Shown: piece by piece, positions 17,732 to 26,809 of the stretch | How positions within the stretch are numbered: position 1 is the first letter of the stretch | Layout: each line of letters starts with the position of its first letter | Source of the DNA: a virus | Taxonomy: Duplodnaviria > Caudoviricetes | Virus record (IMG/VR): IMGVR_UViG_3300044541_000063 | Location: 1-64,000 of that record | Direction: 5' to 3' (one strand) | DNA length: 64,000 bases | Translations under genes and position numbers: made by a program | The notes under the pieces: model-generated | What the model was told of the DNA's origin: nothing | Database searches by the model: none | What the model saw: only the letters and a program-made list of their open reading frames with translations

Positions 17732-19795
17732 GTGGCGCGGCAGTCCACGAAGTACACGTACAAGAGTAAGTCTGAGAACAAGACTTACTACAACGTCGGC
17801 GGCAGCCAGCTGCCGATGTTCCTCCCCGACTCGACATGGGCGATGCCGACGGAGCTGCCAGACCTCCGTCGCGTCAAGCGCGTGGCACTCGACCGCGAGT
17901 GCAAGGACGACGGTCTCGCGATGAAGAAGGGACCGGGCTGGGCGACCGGTGCCGGTCACGTGTGCGGCTCGTCCTACGCGTGGCGCGAGGGCGGCGCGCT
18001 GCGAAGCATCTACGTCCCGCTGACGCATCCAGACAGCGAGAACTTCGACGCGGCGCAGCTGGCGCAGTGGGAGCGGGACCTCGACGCGGCCGGCGTCGAG
18101 TTCGTCATGCAGAACGCGCCCTACGACGTGGGATGGGGCAACAGGGACCTCAAGGTACCGTGCCCCAAGAAGGTGCACGACACCACGTGCATGGCGTACA
18201 TGGTCGACGAGAACAGGCTCTCGTACCAGCTGGACCAGCTGTGCCGGTGGAAAGGGCTGCCCGGCAAGGACGAGGACCTCCTGCGCGAGGCTGCGGCTTG
18301 CTACGGCTGGCAAGGCGACGAGGTAAAGGCGCACGTCCACCAGCTGCCGGCGCGCTACGTGGGGCAGTACGCCGAGACTGACGCGGTGCGCACGCTGCAG
18401 CTGGCCGAGCTCATCGAGCCTGACCTGCACGCCCAGGAGGTCTACGAGGCGTACCAGCTGGAGATGGACCTGCTCCCGGTGGTCCACGAGATGCGACGGC
18501 GCGGCATACGCGTGAACGTCGACCGAGCCGTCCAGGTTCAGGCGATGTTCTACGCCAGGGCGGAGGCCGCGTTCAAGGAGCTTCGCGAGAAACTGTGCAC
18601 CACCGCCATCGGCATCGACGAGCTGCGCGACAACCAGTGGCTCGACGACATGTTCACGGCCCAGAAGGTGAGAATACCGCGCGACCACAAGGGCAAGGGC
18701 TCGTTCGAGAAGACGTGGATGCAAGTCTACGATCACTGGCTCCCCCGGCTGTGTGTCAAGGCCAAGTCGTACTACGAGGCGGCCGACAAGTTCATCGGCA
18801 ACTACATGCTGGGATACGCGCACAACGGTCGCATTCACGCGTCGGTGAATCAGTTCAAGTCCGAGGACGGGTACGGCACCAAGACGTATCGGTTCTCGTA
18901 CTCCGACCCGCCGCTGCAGCAGTGGCCGTCGCGCGACGAGCTGGCCAGTACGGAGATAAGAGGCTGCCTCGAGGCGGAGCCGGGGGATAAGTGGGGCAAG
19001 AATGACTACAGCCAGCAGGAGTATCGGCTGATCGTGAGCTACGCCGTGATGAACGGCCTCGACCGCGCGCAGGAGGCGGCCGACCAGTACATCAACGACC
19101 CGAAGACCGACTTTCACAGCATGGTCGCCGAGATGACTGGCCTCGACCGCAAGCCTGCCAAGGACACGAACTTCGCCAAGTCGTACGGCGCCGGCATACC
19201 GAAGTTTGCGACCATGATCAACAAGCCGCTGGCCGAGGCCGAGGCGATCATGAAGCAGTACGATGAGAAGATGCCGTTCAACGCTCAGCTGAACCAGAAG
19301 TGCCAGAAGCTCGCCGAGCAGCGCGGATACATGGTGCTGCTCGACAAGGCGCGTATTCACTTCGACAACTGGGAGCCGACGTGGTTGTCAAAGGACGAGC
19401 GCTCTGCAGGCTACGCACCGGGTAGTCCATATAAGATGAATCCCTGCGGTCTCGAGGAGGCGCGCGCCCGGCTGCAGCAGCAGGGCCATCCGTGGTTTCA
19501 CAAGCGTCTGCGGCGCGCCGACTGCCGCAAGGCGATGAACTCGCTCATTCAGGGCGGCGCGGCGCGACAGACGAAGCTGGCCATGCGCGCCATCTACCGC
19601 GAGGGGCAGGTTCCTCTTCTTCAGATGCACGACGAGCTGAACTTCAGCTTCGCACGCGAGAAGGACGCCAAGATGGTGGCCACCGTCATGCGCGACGTCG
19701 TCAAGCTGAAGGTTCCGATGATGGTCGACGCCGGCTACGGTCCCTCGTGGGGCGCGGCGAAGAAGTCGTGGAGGGAGGCGAAGGCCGCCAAGTAG
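17732..19795 (+). CDS. Family A DNA polymerase with 3'-5' exonuclease
   Basis: ExoI ALDRE, ExoII NAPYD, ExoIII YAETD; motif A DYSQQEYR, motif B RKPAKDTNFAKSYG, motif C QMHDEL. Confidence 0.97.
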   Translation: MARQSTKYTYKSKSENKTYYNVGGSQLPMFLPDSTWAMPTELPDLRRVKRVALDRECKDDGLAMKKGPGWATGAGHVCGSSYAWREGGALRSIYVPLTHPDSENFDAAQLAQWERDLDAAGVEFVMQNAPYDVGWGNRDLKVPCPKKVHDTTCMAYMVDENRLSYQLDQLCRWKGLPGKDEDLLREAAACYGWQGDEVKAHVHQLPARYVGQYAETDAVRTLQLAELIEPDLHAQEVYEAYQLEMDLLPVVHEMRRRGIRVNVDRAVQVQAMFYARAEAAFKELREKLCTTAIGIDELRDNQWLDDMFTAQKVRIPRDHKGKGSFEKTWMQVYDHWLPRLCVKAKSYYEAADKFIGNYMLGYAHNGRIHASVNQFKSEDGYGTKTYRFSYSDPPLQQWPSRDELASTEIRGCLEAEPGDKWGKNDYSQQEYRLIVSYAVMNGLDRAQEAADQYINDPKTDFHSMVAEMTGLDRKPAKDTNFAKSYGAGIPKFATMINKPLAEAEAIMKQYDEKMPFNAQLNQKCQKLAEQRGYMVLLDKARIHFDNWEPTWLSKDERSAGYAPGSPYKMNPCGLEEARARLQQQGHPWFHKRLRRADCRKAMNSLIQGGAARQTKLAMRAIYREGQVPLLQMHDELNFSFAREKDAKMVATVMRDVVKLKVPMMVDAGYGPSWGAAKKSWREAKAAK

Positions 19796-20248
19796 AAATT
19801 CTATTTTACTGCCAGCATATTACACCCGCGTTAAAAACGCGAGCCCGCGCATGGCTGACATGCGTTACCCTGAATACCCTCAATATAATGATTGCGTGCC
19901 TCCTACCGGTAGGGTAGTCTATATATGGAAAGGCAGGGTTTGGTTAGGCAAAAAGGCGGGTTTAGTTAGTTAAGTTAAAGAGCTGGCGGGTCTGGGAAGA
20001 AACCCAAGGGGAGGCCTGGATATTACAGGCGAGTGGTGGGGGCAAAGGCTCACAGTTCGTTGGTGGTCCGCCCGGCAGGAAGAAGCCGGGCCGGGAGGCG
20101 CTGAGGCAATGCGGTTGTTAAGGCACACCGGATCTCAACCGTTCCTAAGATCGCTGGCGGGATGGCCCGTGGGCAGGAGATTTCAAGCGGCACGCGTTGC
20201 GGTAAGCAGCGCGCGCCGTTTTAGTTTGTTTTTCAAGAGGAGCACGCG
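19796..20248. promoter_or_regulatory. AT-rich non-coding region preceding small accessory genes
   Basis: No ORF over 60 aa; TATAAT at 19884-19889; direct repeat GGGTTT(G/A)GTTAG at 19936 and 19958. Confidence 0.5.
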
Positions 20249-20434
20249 ATGCTTACACCTACAATGCTAGAGCGCGCCTCGAGCGGTTACCGCCGAGGCT
20301 ACAACGACGCAGCGCGCGGCAAGCCGGCCGTCGACGAGAGGGAGCTGGCTTATCCGTGGGAGGTCTTCGACTACCGAGAGGGCTACCGGGCAGCTGCAAA
20401 CGACAAGAGTTGGTCCGAGAAGAGGAGGGCCTGA
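20249..20434 (+). CDS. Hypothetical protein
   Basis: GAGGAG RBS; GY.RGY.DA...Y.EGY pattern. Confidence 0.65.
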   Translation: MLTPTMLERASSGYRRGYNDAARGKPAVDERELAYPWEVFDYREGYRAAANDKSWSEKRRA

Positions 20435-20649
20435 TGGCACTGGTCAAGAGAGACCCGTTCGCGCGCACCGAGTTGCACCGCGAGCTTGTTCGCACCGATC
20501 TGACTTGCTACTGGTGCGGTGGCACGCGGGGCGAGGGCAAGGTGCGCAAGCTCTACGAGTACCACACCGAGCACGACGGTGGCCGCAAGGAGACGCACAG
20601 CGGCGCGTTCTGCTGCCGCTCGTGCTTCGACAGCTACCACTGCTTGTGA
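20434..20649 (+). CDS. Small Zn-binding protein
   Basis: CYWCG ... FCCRSC; GAGGAGG RBS. Confidence 0.7.
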   Translation: MALVKRDPFARTELHRELVRTDLTCYWCGGTRGEGKVRKLYEYHTEHDGGRKETHSGAFCCRSCFDSYHCL

Positions 20650-20660
20650 AGGAGAAAAAC

Positions 20661-20915
20661 ATGCACGTCAAGGTCGAGATGAACAGCACGCTGCGGACGT
20701 TCGCCAGCGTGGACATGGCCGTGGCCAAGGTCGAGGACTTCCTCGGCCCTCGGCTCGACGAGATGGCGCACCAGCTGCACTGGCTGATTCTGCCGGTGCC
20801 GGTCGCGCCCGACAGCAAGGAGGTCAGGTACACGCCGGTGTTCTTCGCGATAAGCGACGAGGCGCGGCAGCTCGGCTTCACGCTGGCGCGGCACGGCTGG
20901 AAGACATACGGCTAG
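20661..20915 (+). CDS. Hypothetical protein
   Basis: AAGGAG RBS. Confidence 0.7.
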   Translation: MHVKVEMNSTLRTFASVDMAVAKVEDFLGPRLDEMAHQLHWLILPVPVAPDSKEVRYTPVFFAISDEARQLGFTLARHGWKTYG

Positions 20916-21036
20916 AGCGCGGCGGCAATTACGCCGCTCAGCACGGCGCCACGCACTACGGGCGCCGGGACGCGGCGGGCGGGCCGCTGGAATTGGCCTC
21001 GCTCGTCGCGTTGCATTCAACATCAAGGAGAGAGCC

Positions 21037-21279
21037 ATGTTGGTCAGAGAACTCATCGAGGAACTGAAGAGCGTCAACCCAGAAGCCGAGGTGCATCACA
21101 CCTACAACTACGGCGACCACGGGCGCACGACGGTGGCGCCGGCCATTCACCGGGTCGAAGAGGGTCACGTGGTGCACTCAGGCTACCACGACATGGACAA
21201 GGTCGTGGACGAAGACAGCGAGGACGACTTGCGCTACAGCAAGAGATCAGAGTGGCGCGAAGTCGTACTCCTGAGCTAG
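21037..21279 (+). CDS. Hypothetical protein
   Basis: AAGGAG RBS; MLVRELIEEL...PEAEV start common in small phage proteins. Confidence 0.7.
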   Translation: MLVRELIEELKSVNPEAEVHHTYNYGDHGRTTVAPAIHRVEEGHVVHSGYHDMDKVVDEDSEDDLRYSKRSEWREVVLLS

Positions 21280-21288
21280 TGCGCTGCA

Positions 21289-21309
21289 GGGCAGCTGGTG
21301 CAGCTGCCC
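21289..21309. other. Perfect 9-bp intergenic hairpin
   Basis: GGGCAGCTG-GTG-CAGCTGCCC; no U-tract. Confidence 0.45.
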
Positions 21310-21338
21310 GACAGTGTACTCAAGAGAAGGAGAGAGTC

Positions 21339-21956
21339 ATGGAACGCATGGAACGCAAGTGGGTCGACTACGAGCGCGTGACGGTCGTGAAGGGCGCCGT
21401 CGAGTGGATGGACAACGCGGTGGCCACGTTCGAGCGCGCCGCGCGCGAGGCCGCCAACTACAAGGCCAGATTCCTGGAGTCGGTCGAGGAGACCATCGCC
21501 GGCAAGGCGAACGCCACGAAGCCCGAAGAGGTGCTGTCGTGGCTGGTCAACAGCACGTGCAATCCTGCCGCCAACTTGCGACTGGACATGGCCGTGACCC
21601 ACGGCGCGCGCCTCACCGAGGCGTTTCGCAAGGTCAAGGCACTGGCCGAGGCAGAGCGCGACGCGGCCGTCGCCGAGAAGAACGCGGCGGCGCGGTACAT
21701 GCTCACCGGCGCGCGCACCATACTTCAGTCGCTCAAGTCTGCGCGAGAGGTGGCTGCGGCCGGCTTGCGGCCGACCCTCATCTTTCTCGGCTCGTTCGAG
21801 GACTGCTACGCGCGCGCCGAGCAGCTGAAGGGCGGCGTCATGAACGCCTCGAAGGAGCTGGTGCTCAACAGTGGCGGCCGGCTGCCCGTGGTGGTCACCG
21901 ACGTGTGGACCTACCACATCACCGAGATCGCCGCGTCTGACGACGCGAAGATGTGA
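21339..21956 (+). CDS. Hypothetical protein
   Basis: AAGGAG RBS before ATG 21339. Confidence 0.7.
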   Translation: MERMERKWVDYERVTVVKGAVEWMDNAVATFERAAREAANYKARFLESVEETIAGKANATKPEEVLSWLVNSTCNPAANLRLDMAVTHGARLTEAFRKVKALAEAERDAAVAEKNAAARYMLTGARTILQSLKSAREVAAAGLRPTLIFLGSFEDCYARAEQLKGGVMNASKELVLNSGGRLPVVVTDVWTYHITEIAASDDAKM

Positions 21957-21967
21957 GGGAGACGACA

Positions 21968-22168
21968 ATGAGAGTCGACGACGTACTGGCACTCCGGGAG
22001 CACTTCCCGGAGGCGCCGGCGTGGGTGGTCGAGCGCGACTGGTCGCTCGCCGCCGCGCGCAACGCCATGGTCAAGCTGCGGCTCACGGACGTTGCCAGCG
22101 TGGGGCTGGCGACGTCCGAGCGTGGCAGGGCCGCCGAGCTGCACCGCATACTCAAGCATGGAGGGTGA
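21968..22168 (+). CDS. Hypothetical protein
   Basis: GGGAG RBS. Confidence 0.55.
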   Translation: MRVDDVLALREHFPEAPAWVVERDWSLAAARNAMVKLRLTDVASVGLATSERGRAAELHRILKHGG

Positions 22169-22169
22169 C

Positions 22170-22364
22170 GTGACGATCCAGACCATCGAGACGTTGGCCG
22201 CGCATTTTCAGGAGAATGCCGCGTACCACGCGGCCGAGGCGGTGCGCGCGCGGGAGCAGGGTAACCCGGCACTCGCCCGTCACATGCAGCGGCTCGCGCG
22301 ACTGGACTACGCTGCCGGCTGGCAGCACTTGGTCGCGCTGCTGATCCGAGAGCCCATCTTATGA
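22170..22364 (+). CDS. Hypothetical protein
   Basis: GGAGGG RBS before GTG. Confidence 0.55.
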   Translation: MTIQTIETLAAHFQENAAYHAAEAVRAREQGNPALARHMQRLARLDYAAGWQHLVALLIREPIL

Positions 22365-22375
22365 AGGAGAACGAC

Positions 22376-22594
22376 ATGAACAGGGAAGCCGCAATGCGCG
22401 CTCTGCACGCCATAGCCGACAGCGTCGTGGACGCCGTCAAGGTGGCAGGAGACCACGGCGCGCCCGGTGGCGTGCTGTACGCCGCTCTCATGCAGTACGG
22501 CTGCAGGCTCGACCAGTTCGAGCAGATCATGGGCGCCTTGGTGGCCGCCAAGAAGGTGGTCAAGCGCGGGCAGCTGTACTTCGCCGTCAAGTAG
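22376..22594 (+). CDS. Small winged-helix-like hypothetical protein
   Basis: AAGGAG RBS; helical then beta-hairpin pattern. Confidence 0.6.
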   Translation: MNREAAMRALHAIADSVVDAVKVAGDHGAPGGVLYAALMQYGCRLDQFEQIMGALVAAKKVVKRGQLYFAVK

Positions 22595-22603
22595 CGGCAA
22601 GCT
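22575..22603 (+). promoter_or_regulatory. Putative promoter
   Basis: TGTACT-TCGCC..(N17)-CAAGCT. Confidence 0.5.
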
Positions 22604-22609
22604 GCTTCG

Positions 22610-22713
22610 GCAAAGGCGTCAACGTTCAACGACAGGAGGTCGTCATGAGCAGCCGGGGCTAATGCCCGGCGATTGCCGACGGTGGGTCTGCACCGTCGGC
22701 GTTTGTCAATTTT
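22610..22713 (+). ncRNA. Candidate structured small RNA / attenuator leader with a 5-codon mini-ORF
   Basis: Promoter upstream; three consecutive hairpins; AGGAGG-ATG-AGC-AGC-CGG-GGC-TAA at 22645-22662. Confidence 0.35.
22675..22713 (+). terminator. Putative intrinsic terminator
   Basis: 10-bp stem GCCGACGGTG/CACCGTCGGC followed by GTTTGTCAATTTT. Confidence 0.5.
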
Positions 22714-22727
22714 CAGAGGAGGCGCAG

Positions 22728-22940
22728 TTGACCAAGATCAAGACCATCACGGTGTCGTACCCGCACTACGACAACTCGAAGAGCATGCCGCTCGAGCGCA
22801 CCGAGGCGCCGCGCGTGTACCGCGTCGAGAAGGTGACTGACAGCACGGCGTTCGCGCCGTACGCGCAGCTGTCCAAGATGCAGGTCGACGATCTGTGTAT
22901 CGACGACCTCTGGAAGGTCATCGTCGTTCCAGTCAAGTAG
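22728..22940 (+). CDS. Hypothetical protein
   Basis: GAGGAGG RBS before TTG. Confidence 0.6.
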   Translation: MTKIKTITVSYPHYDNSKSMPLERTEAPRVYRVEKVTDSTAFAPYAQLSKMQVDDLCIDDLWKVIVVPVK

Positions 22941-23010
22941 AAGAGACTCACAGTCGGCCGGATAAGTAAGCGCGGCTCCCCCGGCACCGCGCCAACGTAG
23001 GAGTTCAGCG

Positions 23011-24579
23011 ATGTCCGTAGTGATCAGAGACGAAGAGCAGGACGGTGCGACCGGCACGTGGTCGAGGCCGAAGCCAATCGCGTGGGGCCCTCAGCAGACG
23101 TCGGTGTTCAACTGGGTCCGCCGGGGCCGGGGGAGCACCTTCATGAGAGCGCGCGCCGGCACCGGCAAGACCACCACGCTCGTGGGCGTGTGCCACGTGC
23201 TGCGCGAGATCAACGAGCTCGGCAGCGTGGCCATGGCCGCGTTCAATACCAAGATCGTCAAGGATGTCAAGCTCAAGCTGGCCGAGGAGGAGTTCAGCTG
23301 GAAGGACGTGAATGTCCGCACGTTTCACGGTCACGGCTACGCGCCGTTGCGCAAGGTGTACGACAGGGCGTTCCTGGACGAGGACGGTCGAGCCAAGCTC
23401 GAGGAGATCTGCCGGCTGGCTGGCACGCCGCAGCACCTCGAGAGCTTCTGCGCGCAGCTGGTCTCGCTGGCCAAGAACGCGGCGGTGGGCATCTTCAGCA
23501 ACGTCGACGACGATAAGGTGTGGCTGGGTCTCGTGGACCACCACGACATGGCCGACGACTTGGAGCGGCTCGAGGACCTCAGGCTGGCAGTCGACAAGGC
23601 TAAGCTGATGCTGCACCACTCGAACGAGATCTGTCACAGGCTGCTCAACTTCGACGACATGATCTACGTGCCGGTGCTCAAGCGCATGAGGTTCTGGCAG
23701 AATCGGTGGGTGCTCATCGACGAGGCGCAGGACACGAACGCCATACGGCGCGCCATGGCGCGCATGATGCTGCGCGGAGACGGTCGCAGCATATGGGTAG
23801 GAGACGACCGTCAGGCCATCTACGGCTTCACGGGCGCCGACGCGGACAGCGTCGAGAAGATTCAGCGAGAGTTCGGATGCGACGTGCACCCGCTCACGCT
23901 GACATACCGCTGCGGCAAGAGCATCGTCGCCGAGGCGCAGCAGTTCGTTCCGGACATCGAGGCTCACGAGAGCAACGAGGCAGGGACGGTGCGGCGCATT
24001 CACGAGCGCGAGCTCGTCTCCCAGGAGCTTCGTGCGGATGACGCCATTCTGTGTCGCAAGACGGCGCCGCTCATCACGACGGCGTTCGCACTCATCAAGC
24101 GCGGCATAGCCTGCCACGTCGAGGGACGCGAGATTGGCGCCGGCCTGCTCAAGCTGGCAAAGCGGTGGAAGACGGTGAAGACCGTCGACGCGCTGCGGAC
24201 CAAGCTCGAGGACTTCTGCGAGAAGCAGGTGAAGAAGTTCATGGACAAGAAGAAAGAAGTCAAGGCCGAGCAGGTTCGCGACCGCGTCGACACGCTGCTC
24301 GCGCTCATGCAGGGCTGCCCAGACCTAGCGTGCGTCGAGAAGAAGATCGAGGACATGTTCAAGGACGACGACCTCGAGGTCAAGAAGACCCTGACGCTCA
24401 GCACGGTGCATCGGGCGAAGGGCCGCGAGTGGCCGCGCGTGTTCGTGCTCGGTCGCTTTCAGTTCATGCCGTCGAACTTCGCGCGTCAGCAGTGGCAGCT
24501 GGTGCAGGAGGATAACCTGATCTACGTCGCGTGCACGCGCGCCAAGAGCGAGCTCGTGTATGTCGACGTGGACATGTGA
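23011..24579 (+). CDS. Second SF1 (UvrD/Rep-like) helicase
   Basis: ARAGTGKTT, IDEAQD, GDDRQAIYGF.GA, STVHRAKGREW, YVACTRA. Confidence 0.95.
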   Translation: MSVVIRDEEQDGATGTWSRPKPIAWGPQQTSVFNWVRRGRGSTFMRARAGTGKTTTLVGVCHVLREINELGSVAMAAFNTKIVKDVKLKLAEEEFSWKDVNVRTFHGHGYAPLRKVYDRAFLDEDGRAKLEEICRLAGTPQHLESFCAQLVSLAKNAAVGIFSNVDDDKVWLGLVDHHDMADDLERLEDLRLAVDKAKLMLHHSNEICHRLLNFDDMIYVPVLKRMRFWQNRWVLIDEAQDTNAIRRAMARMMLRGDGRSIWVGDDRQAIYGFTGADADSVEKIQREFGCDVHPLTLTYRCGKSIVAEAQQFVPDIEAHESNEAGTVRRIHERELVSQELRADDAILCRKTAPLITTAFALIKRGIACHVEGREIGAGLLKLAKRWKTVKTVDALRTKLEDFCEKQVKKFMDKKKEVKAEQVRDRVDTLLALMQGCPDLACVEKKIEDMFKDDDLEVKKTLTLSTVHRAKGREWPRVFVLGRFQFMPSNFARQQWQLVQEDNLIYVACTRAKSELVYVDVDM

Positions 24580-24588
24580 GGAGAGAAG

Positions 24589-24825
24589 ATGAACACGAAG
24601 ACCAAGATACTCGAGTGGCAGCCGGTGCCGGGACGCAAGCCGAAGTCGCACGACAGCTTCGCGGTGCGCGGCACGAACACGTGGACGGTCAAGAAGTCCT
24701 CGGCTAGCCACTACTCGTTCTACGTGGTGCGGCTCAACGGCGGCGTCGTCTCCCGTCAGGAGACCCTCAAGGAGGCCAAGTCAAAAGCCGAGCAGCTGTG
24801 CCTGGACAGGGAGAGCGTGCGATGA
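24589..24825 (+). CDS. Hypothetical protein
   Basis: GAGGAG RBS. Confidence 0.65.
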   Translation: MNTKTKILEWQPVPGRKPKSHDSFAVRGTNTWTVKKSSASHYSFYVVRLNGGVVSRQETLKEAKSKAEQLCLDRESVR

Positions 24826-25304
24826 GATGGGAGACCGGCAGGCAGGGCAAGGGAACGATCGCCTACGTCGACGTCGCCGGTGTCGGGCGATATCTGGTGA
24901 AGTGGTCGTCCGTCGACGAGCGATACGTCGCGCTGCTGAACAACGAGACGACGACGTACAAGGCGCGCACGATGGAGGCGGTGCAGCGACAGGTAGAGCG
25001 CGCGGTGCTGGCGATCGAGAACATGGACCGCGAGCAGGAGGCGACGGTGGCGCTGCCAGACTACGAGAACATCGAGAGACGCATCTTAGCGTCAGAGAAG
25101 AGTGGCCGGCTGCCGCTCGAGGACATGGAGGCGTTCGCCGACGAGGTCTGCAGGCAGGCGCGGCACTACGCGCAGAATAGGCGGCACATCGTGCTGACTG
25201 ACATCTACCTCGCGCTAGAGACGGTGGCGCGCAAGTGCGCGCAGCTGCAGAACAGGGTGAAGGAGCTGGAGGACAGGTATGAACGGGACGATCACAGGAG
25301 TTGA
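24822..25304 (+). CDS. Hypothetical protein (coiled-coil C-terminus)
   Basis: ATGA overlap. Confidence 0.65.
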   Translation: MRWETGRQGKGTIAYVDVAGVGRYLVKWSSVDERYVALLNNETTTYKARTMEAVQRQVERAVLAIENMDREQEATVALPDYENIERRILASEKSGRLPLEDMEAFADEVCRQARHYAQNRRHIVLTDIYLALETVARKCAQLQNRVKELEDRYERDDHRS

Positions 25305-26316
25305 CGAGAGGGTACTCGAGAAGGTTCGCAAGCTGCTGCGGCTGGCCAACGACGCGCGCGGCAACGAGAGCGAGGCCTCGAATGCTGCCGAGGCCGCAGC
25401 GCGCATCATGCGGCAGCACGGTATCAGCACGGCGACCATCGAGGCCGGCGGCGGCGAGGGCGAGAGGCGCACTCAGGAGACTGAGGGCGGCGTCGCCCGA
25501 GGGCGCGCGCCGTGGATGCCCGAGCTGATGCGCACCGTGGCGCAGAGCTGCTTCTGCCTCTGCGAGGTAGAGTTCAGCACGCCGGAGGGCGACAGACAGC
25601 TTCGCATGTCGTTCCGCCTGTACGGCCGCGAGTCGGCGGTGGCGAGCGCCTTCGCGCTGGCCGACTACCTCAAGGACGTCATCTGGCGCCTGAGCAAGAA
25701 CGCCGAGCGACCGCACTACTTTCGCATGGGATGCGCCGAGCGTCTCGGCGAGCGCGTGCGCGAGAACCACGAGATGGCGCTGGCTAACCAGCGGGCCGAG
25801 GCAGAGCGGCAGTCCCGCGAGGCCGCGGCGCGCGCCAAGCATCCAGGTGCGTGGCACACCGGCACCAGTCTCGTCGTGATCCTCGAGGACTACGCCGAGA
25901 AGGAGCACGAGGCGAACGAGGAGCTTCGTCTCGGCCTGAAGCCGGGTACGCTGGCGCGGCGGCGAGCAGAGGCAGAGTCCGACCGCGCCGCGCGCGAGGC
26001 GCGGTATCAGCAGCTGCTGAGAGACGGCGTCGAGAAGGGCGTGGCGTGGAACATGACTCAGATGAACATGACCATGGAGCGCGCCACCGAGTACGAGGCT
26101 GAATGGAATGCGCGCGAGGCCGCGCGTCAAGCTGAGCCAGAGAAGCCGCGCAAGAAGACCAAGGCCGACGAGTCGCGCGAGCAGGCTCGCCATCGCCGCT
26201 ACATGCGCGAGATGGAGCGGCGCTGCGACCCGTCTTGGGTAGCGGGCCGCGAGAGAGGCGACGAGGTGTCGCTGGCGCGGCAGCTGTCCGACCGCAAGGA
26301 CGGGAGGCTGAAATGA
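25279..26316 (+). CDS. DUF2786-domain protein
   Basis: VLEKVRKLLRLA.....E.EA..A...A..IM.QHGI at the N-terminus. Confidence 0.8.
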   Translation: MNGTITGVDERVLEKVRKLLRLANDARGNESEASNAAEAAARIMRQHGISTATIEAGGGEGERRTQETEGGVARGRAPWMPELMRTVAQSCFCLCEVEFSTPEGDRQLRMSFRLYGRESAVASAFALADYLKDVIWRLSKNAERPHYFRMGCAERLGERVRENHEMALANQRAEAERQSREAAARAKHPGAWHTGTSLVVILEDYAEKEHEANEELRLGLKPGTLARRRAEAESDRAAREARYQQLLRDGVEKGVAWNMTQMNMTMERATEYEAEWNAREAARQAEPEKPRKKTKADESREQARHRRYMREMERRCDPSWVAGRERGDEVSLARQLSDRKDGRLK

Positions 26317-26414
26317 GCCCCGACGACACGATCTACGGGCTGGCGCTGTTCAGCGCTGCCCTCTGCGCCGGCTACTACCTAGCGTCGTGGTTCAGAGACT
26401 GGAGGAGAAAGTGA
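26313..26414 (+). CDS. Small membrane peptide (33 aa)
   Basis: Manual translation; ATGA overlap; one TM segment. Confidence 0.4.
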   Translation: MSPDDTIYGLALFSAALCAGYYLASWFRDWRRK

Positions 26415-26627
26415 ATGCGCATCTCTCTGAAGAAGGGAGTCGCCTACGTGGCGCCTCTGCACGTGAAGTACATCTTGCCATATACTACGGAGGACTATCC
26501 AGAAGTCCGCTGCAAGGTGTACGTGGACAAGGACGAGTTCTTCGAGTCGGTCGAGAACCCGGAGGATCTGCACCGACGATGCAACGTGGCGATTCGAAAC
26601 ATCTACTCGCTCGCCAGGAACGAGTGA
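26415..26627 (+). CDS. Hypothetical protein
   Basis: GGAGG RBS. Confidence 0.55.
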   Translation: MRISLKKGVAYVAPLHVKYILPYTTEDYPEVRCKVYVDKDEFFESVENPEDLHRRCNVAIRNIYSLARNE

Positions 26628-26776
26628 GCTTCGGCGCGTACTTTACCGAGACTTGGCACGAGGGCGTCACCGTCGCCTCCGGCTACGCGGTGGCGGCAGC
26701 CTGGAAGGCCGTCGGCCTTCCGAGCGTCTGGCAGCTGGTGCACAAGTTCGCGTTGCTGATTTACTTCGCCGGCTAG
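26624..26776 (+). CDS. Small hypothetical protein
   Basis: GTGA overlap. Confidence 0.35.
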   Translation: MSFGAYFTETWHEGVTVASGYAVAAAWKAVGLPSVWQLVHKFALLIYFAG

Positions 26777-26788
26777 TCGGCGCACAGT
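26760..26788 (+). promoter_or_regulatory. Putative promoter
   Basis: TTTACT-TCGCC..(N17)-CACAGT. Confidence 0.6.
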
Positions 26789-26809
26789 TAGTGGTGACAG
26801 GAGGGCAAT

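Noticed and set aside
16104-19795. HD hydrolase + MazG-like + PolA resembling the DatZ/MazZ/DpoZ 2-aminoadenine (Z-genome) set
   Set aside because: No PurZ/adenylosuccinate-synthetase-like gene is visible, and the neighbours (dcd, TS-family with Asn, aGPT-PPlase1) point to thymidine replacement.
212-19833. TTTACT at 212 and 19805 as further copies of the promoter motif
   Set aside because: They lack the following TC and have no A2/T6 hexamer at 17-nt spacing.
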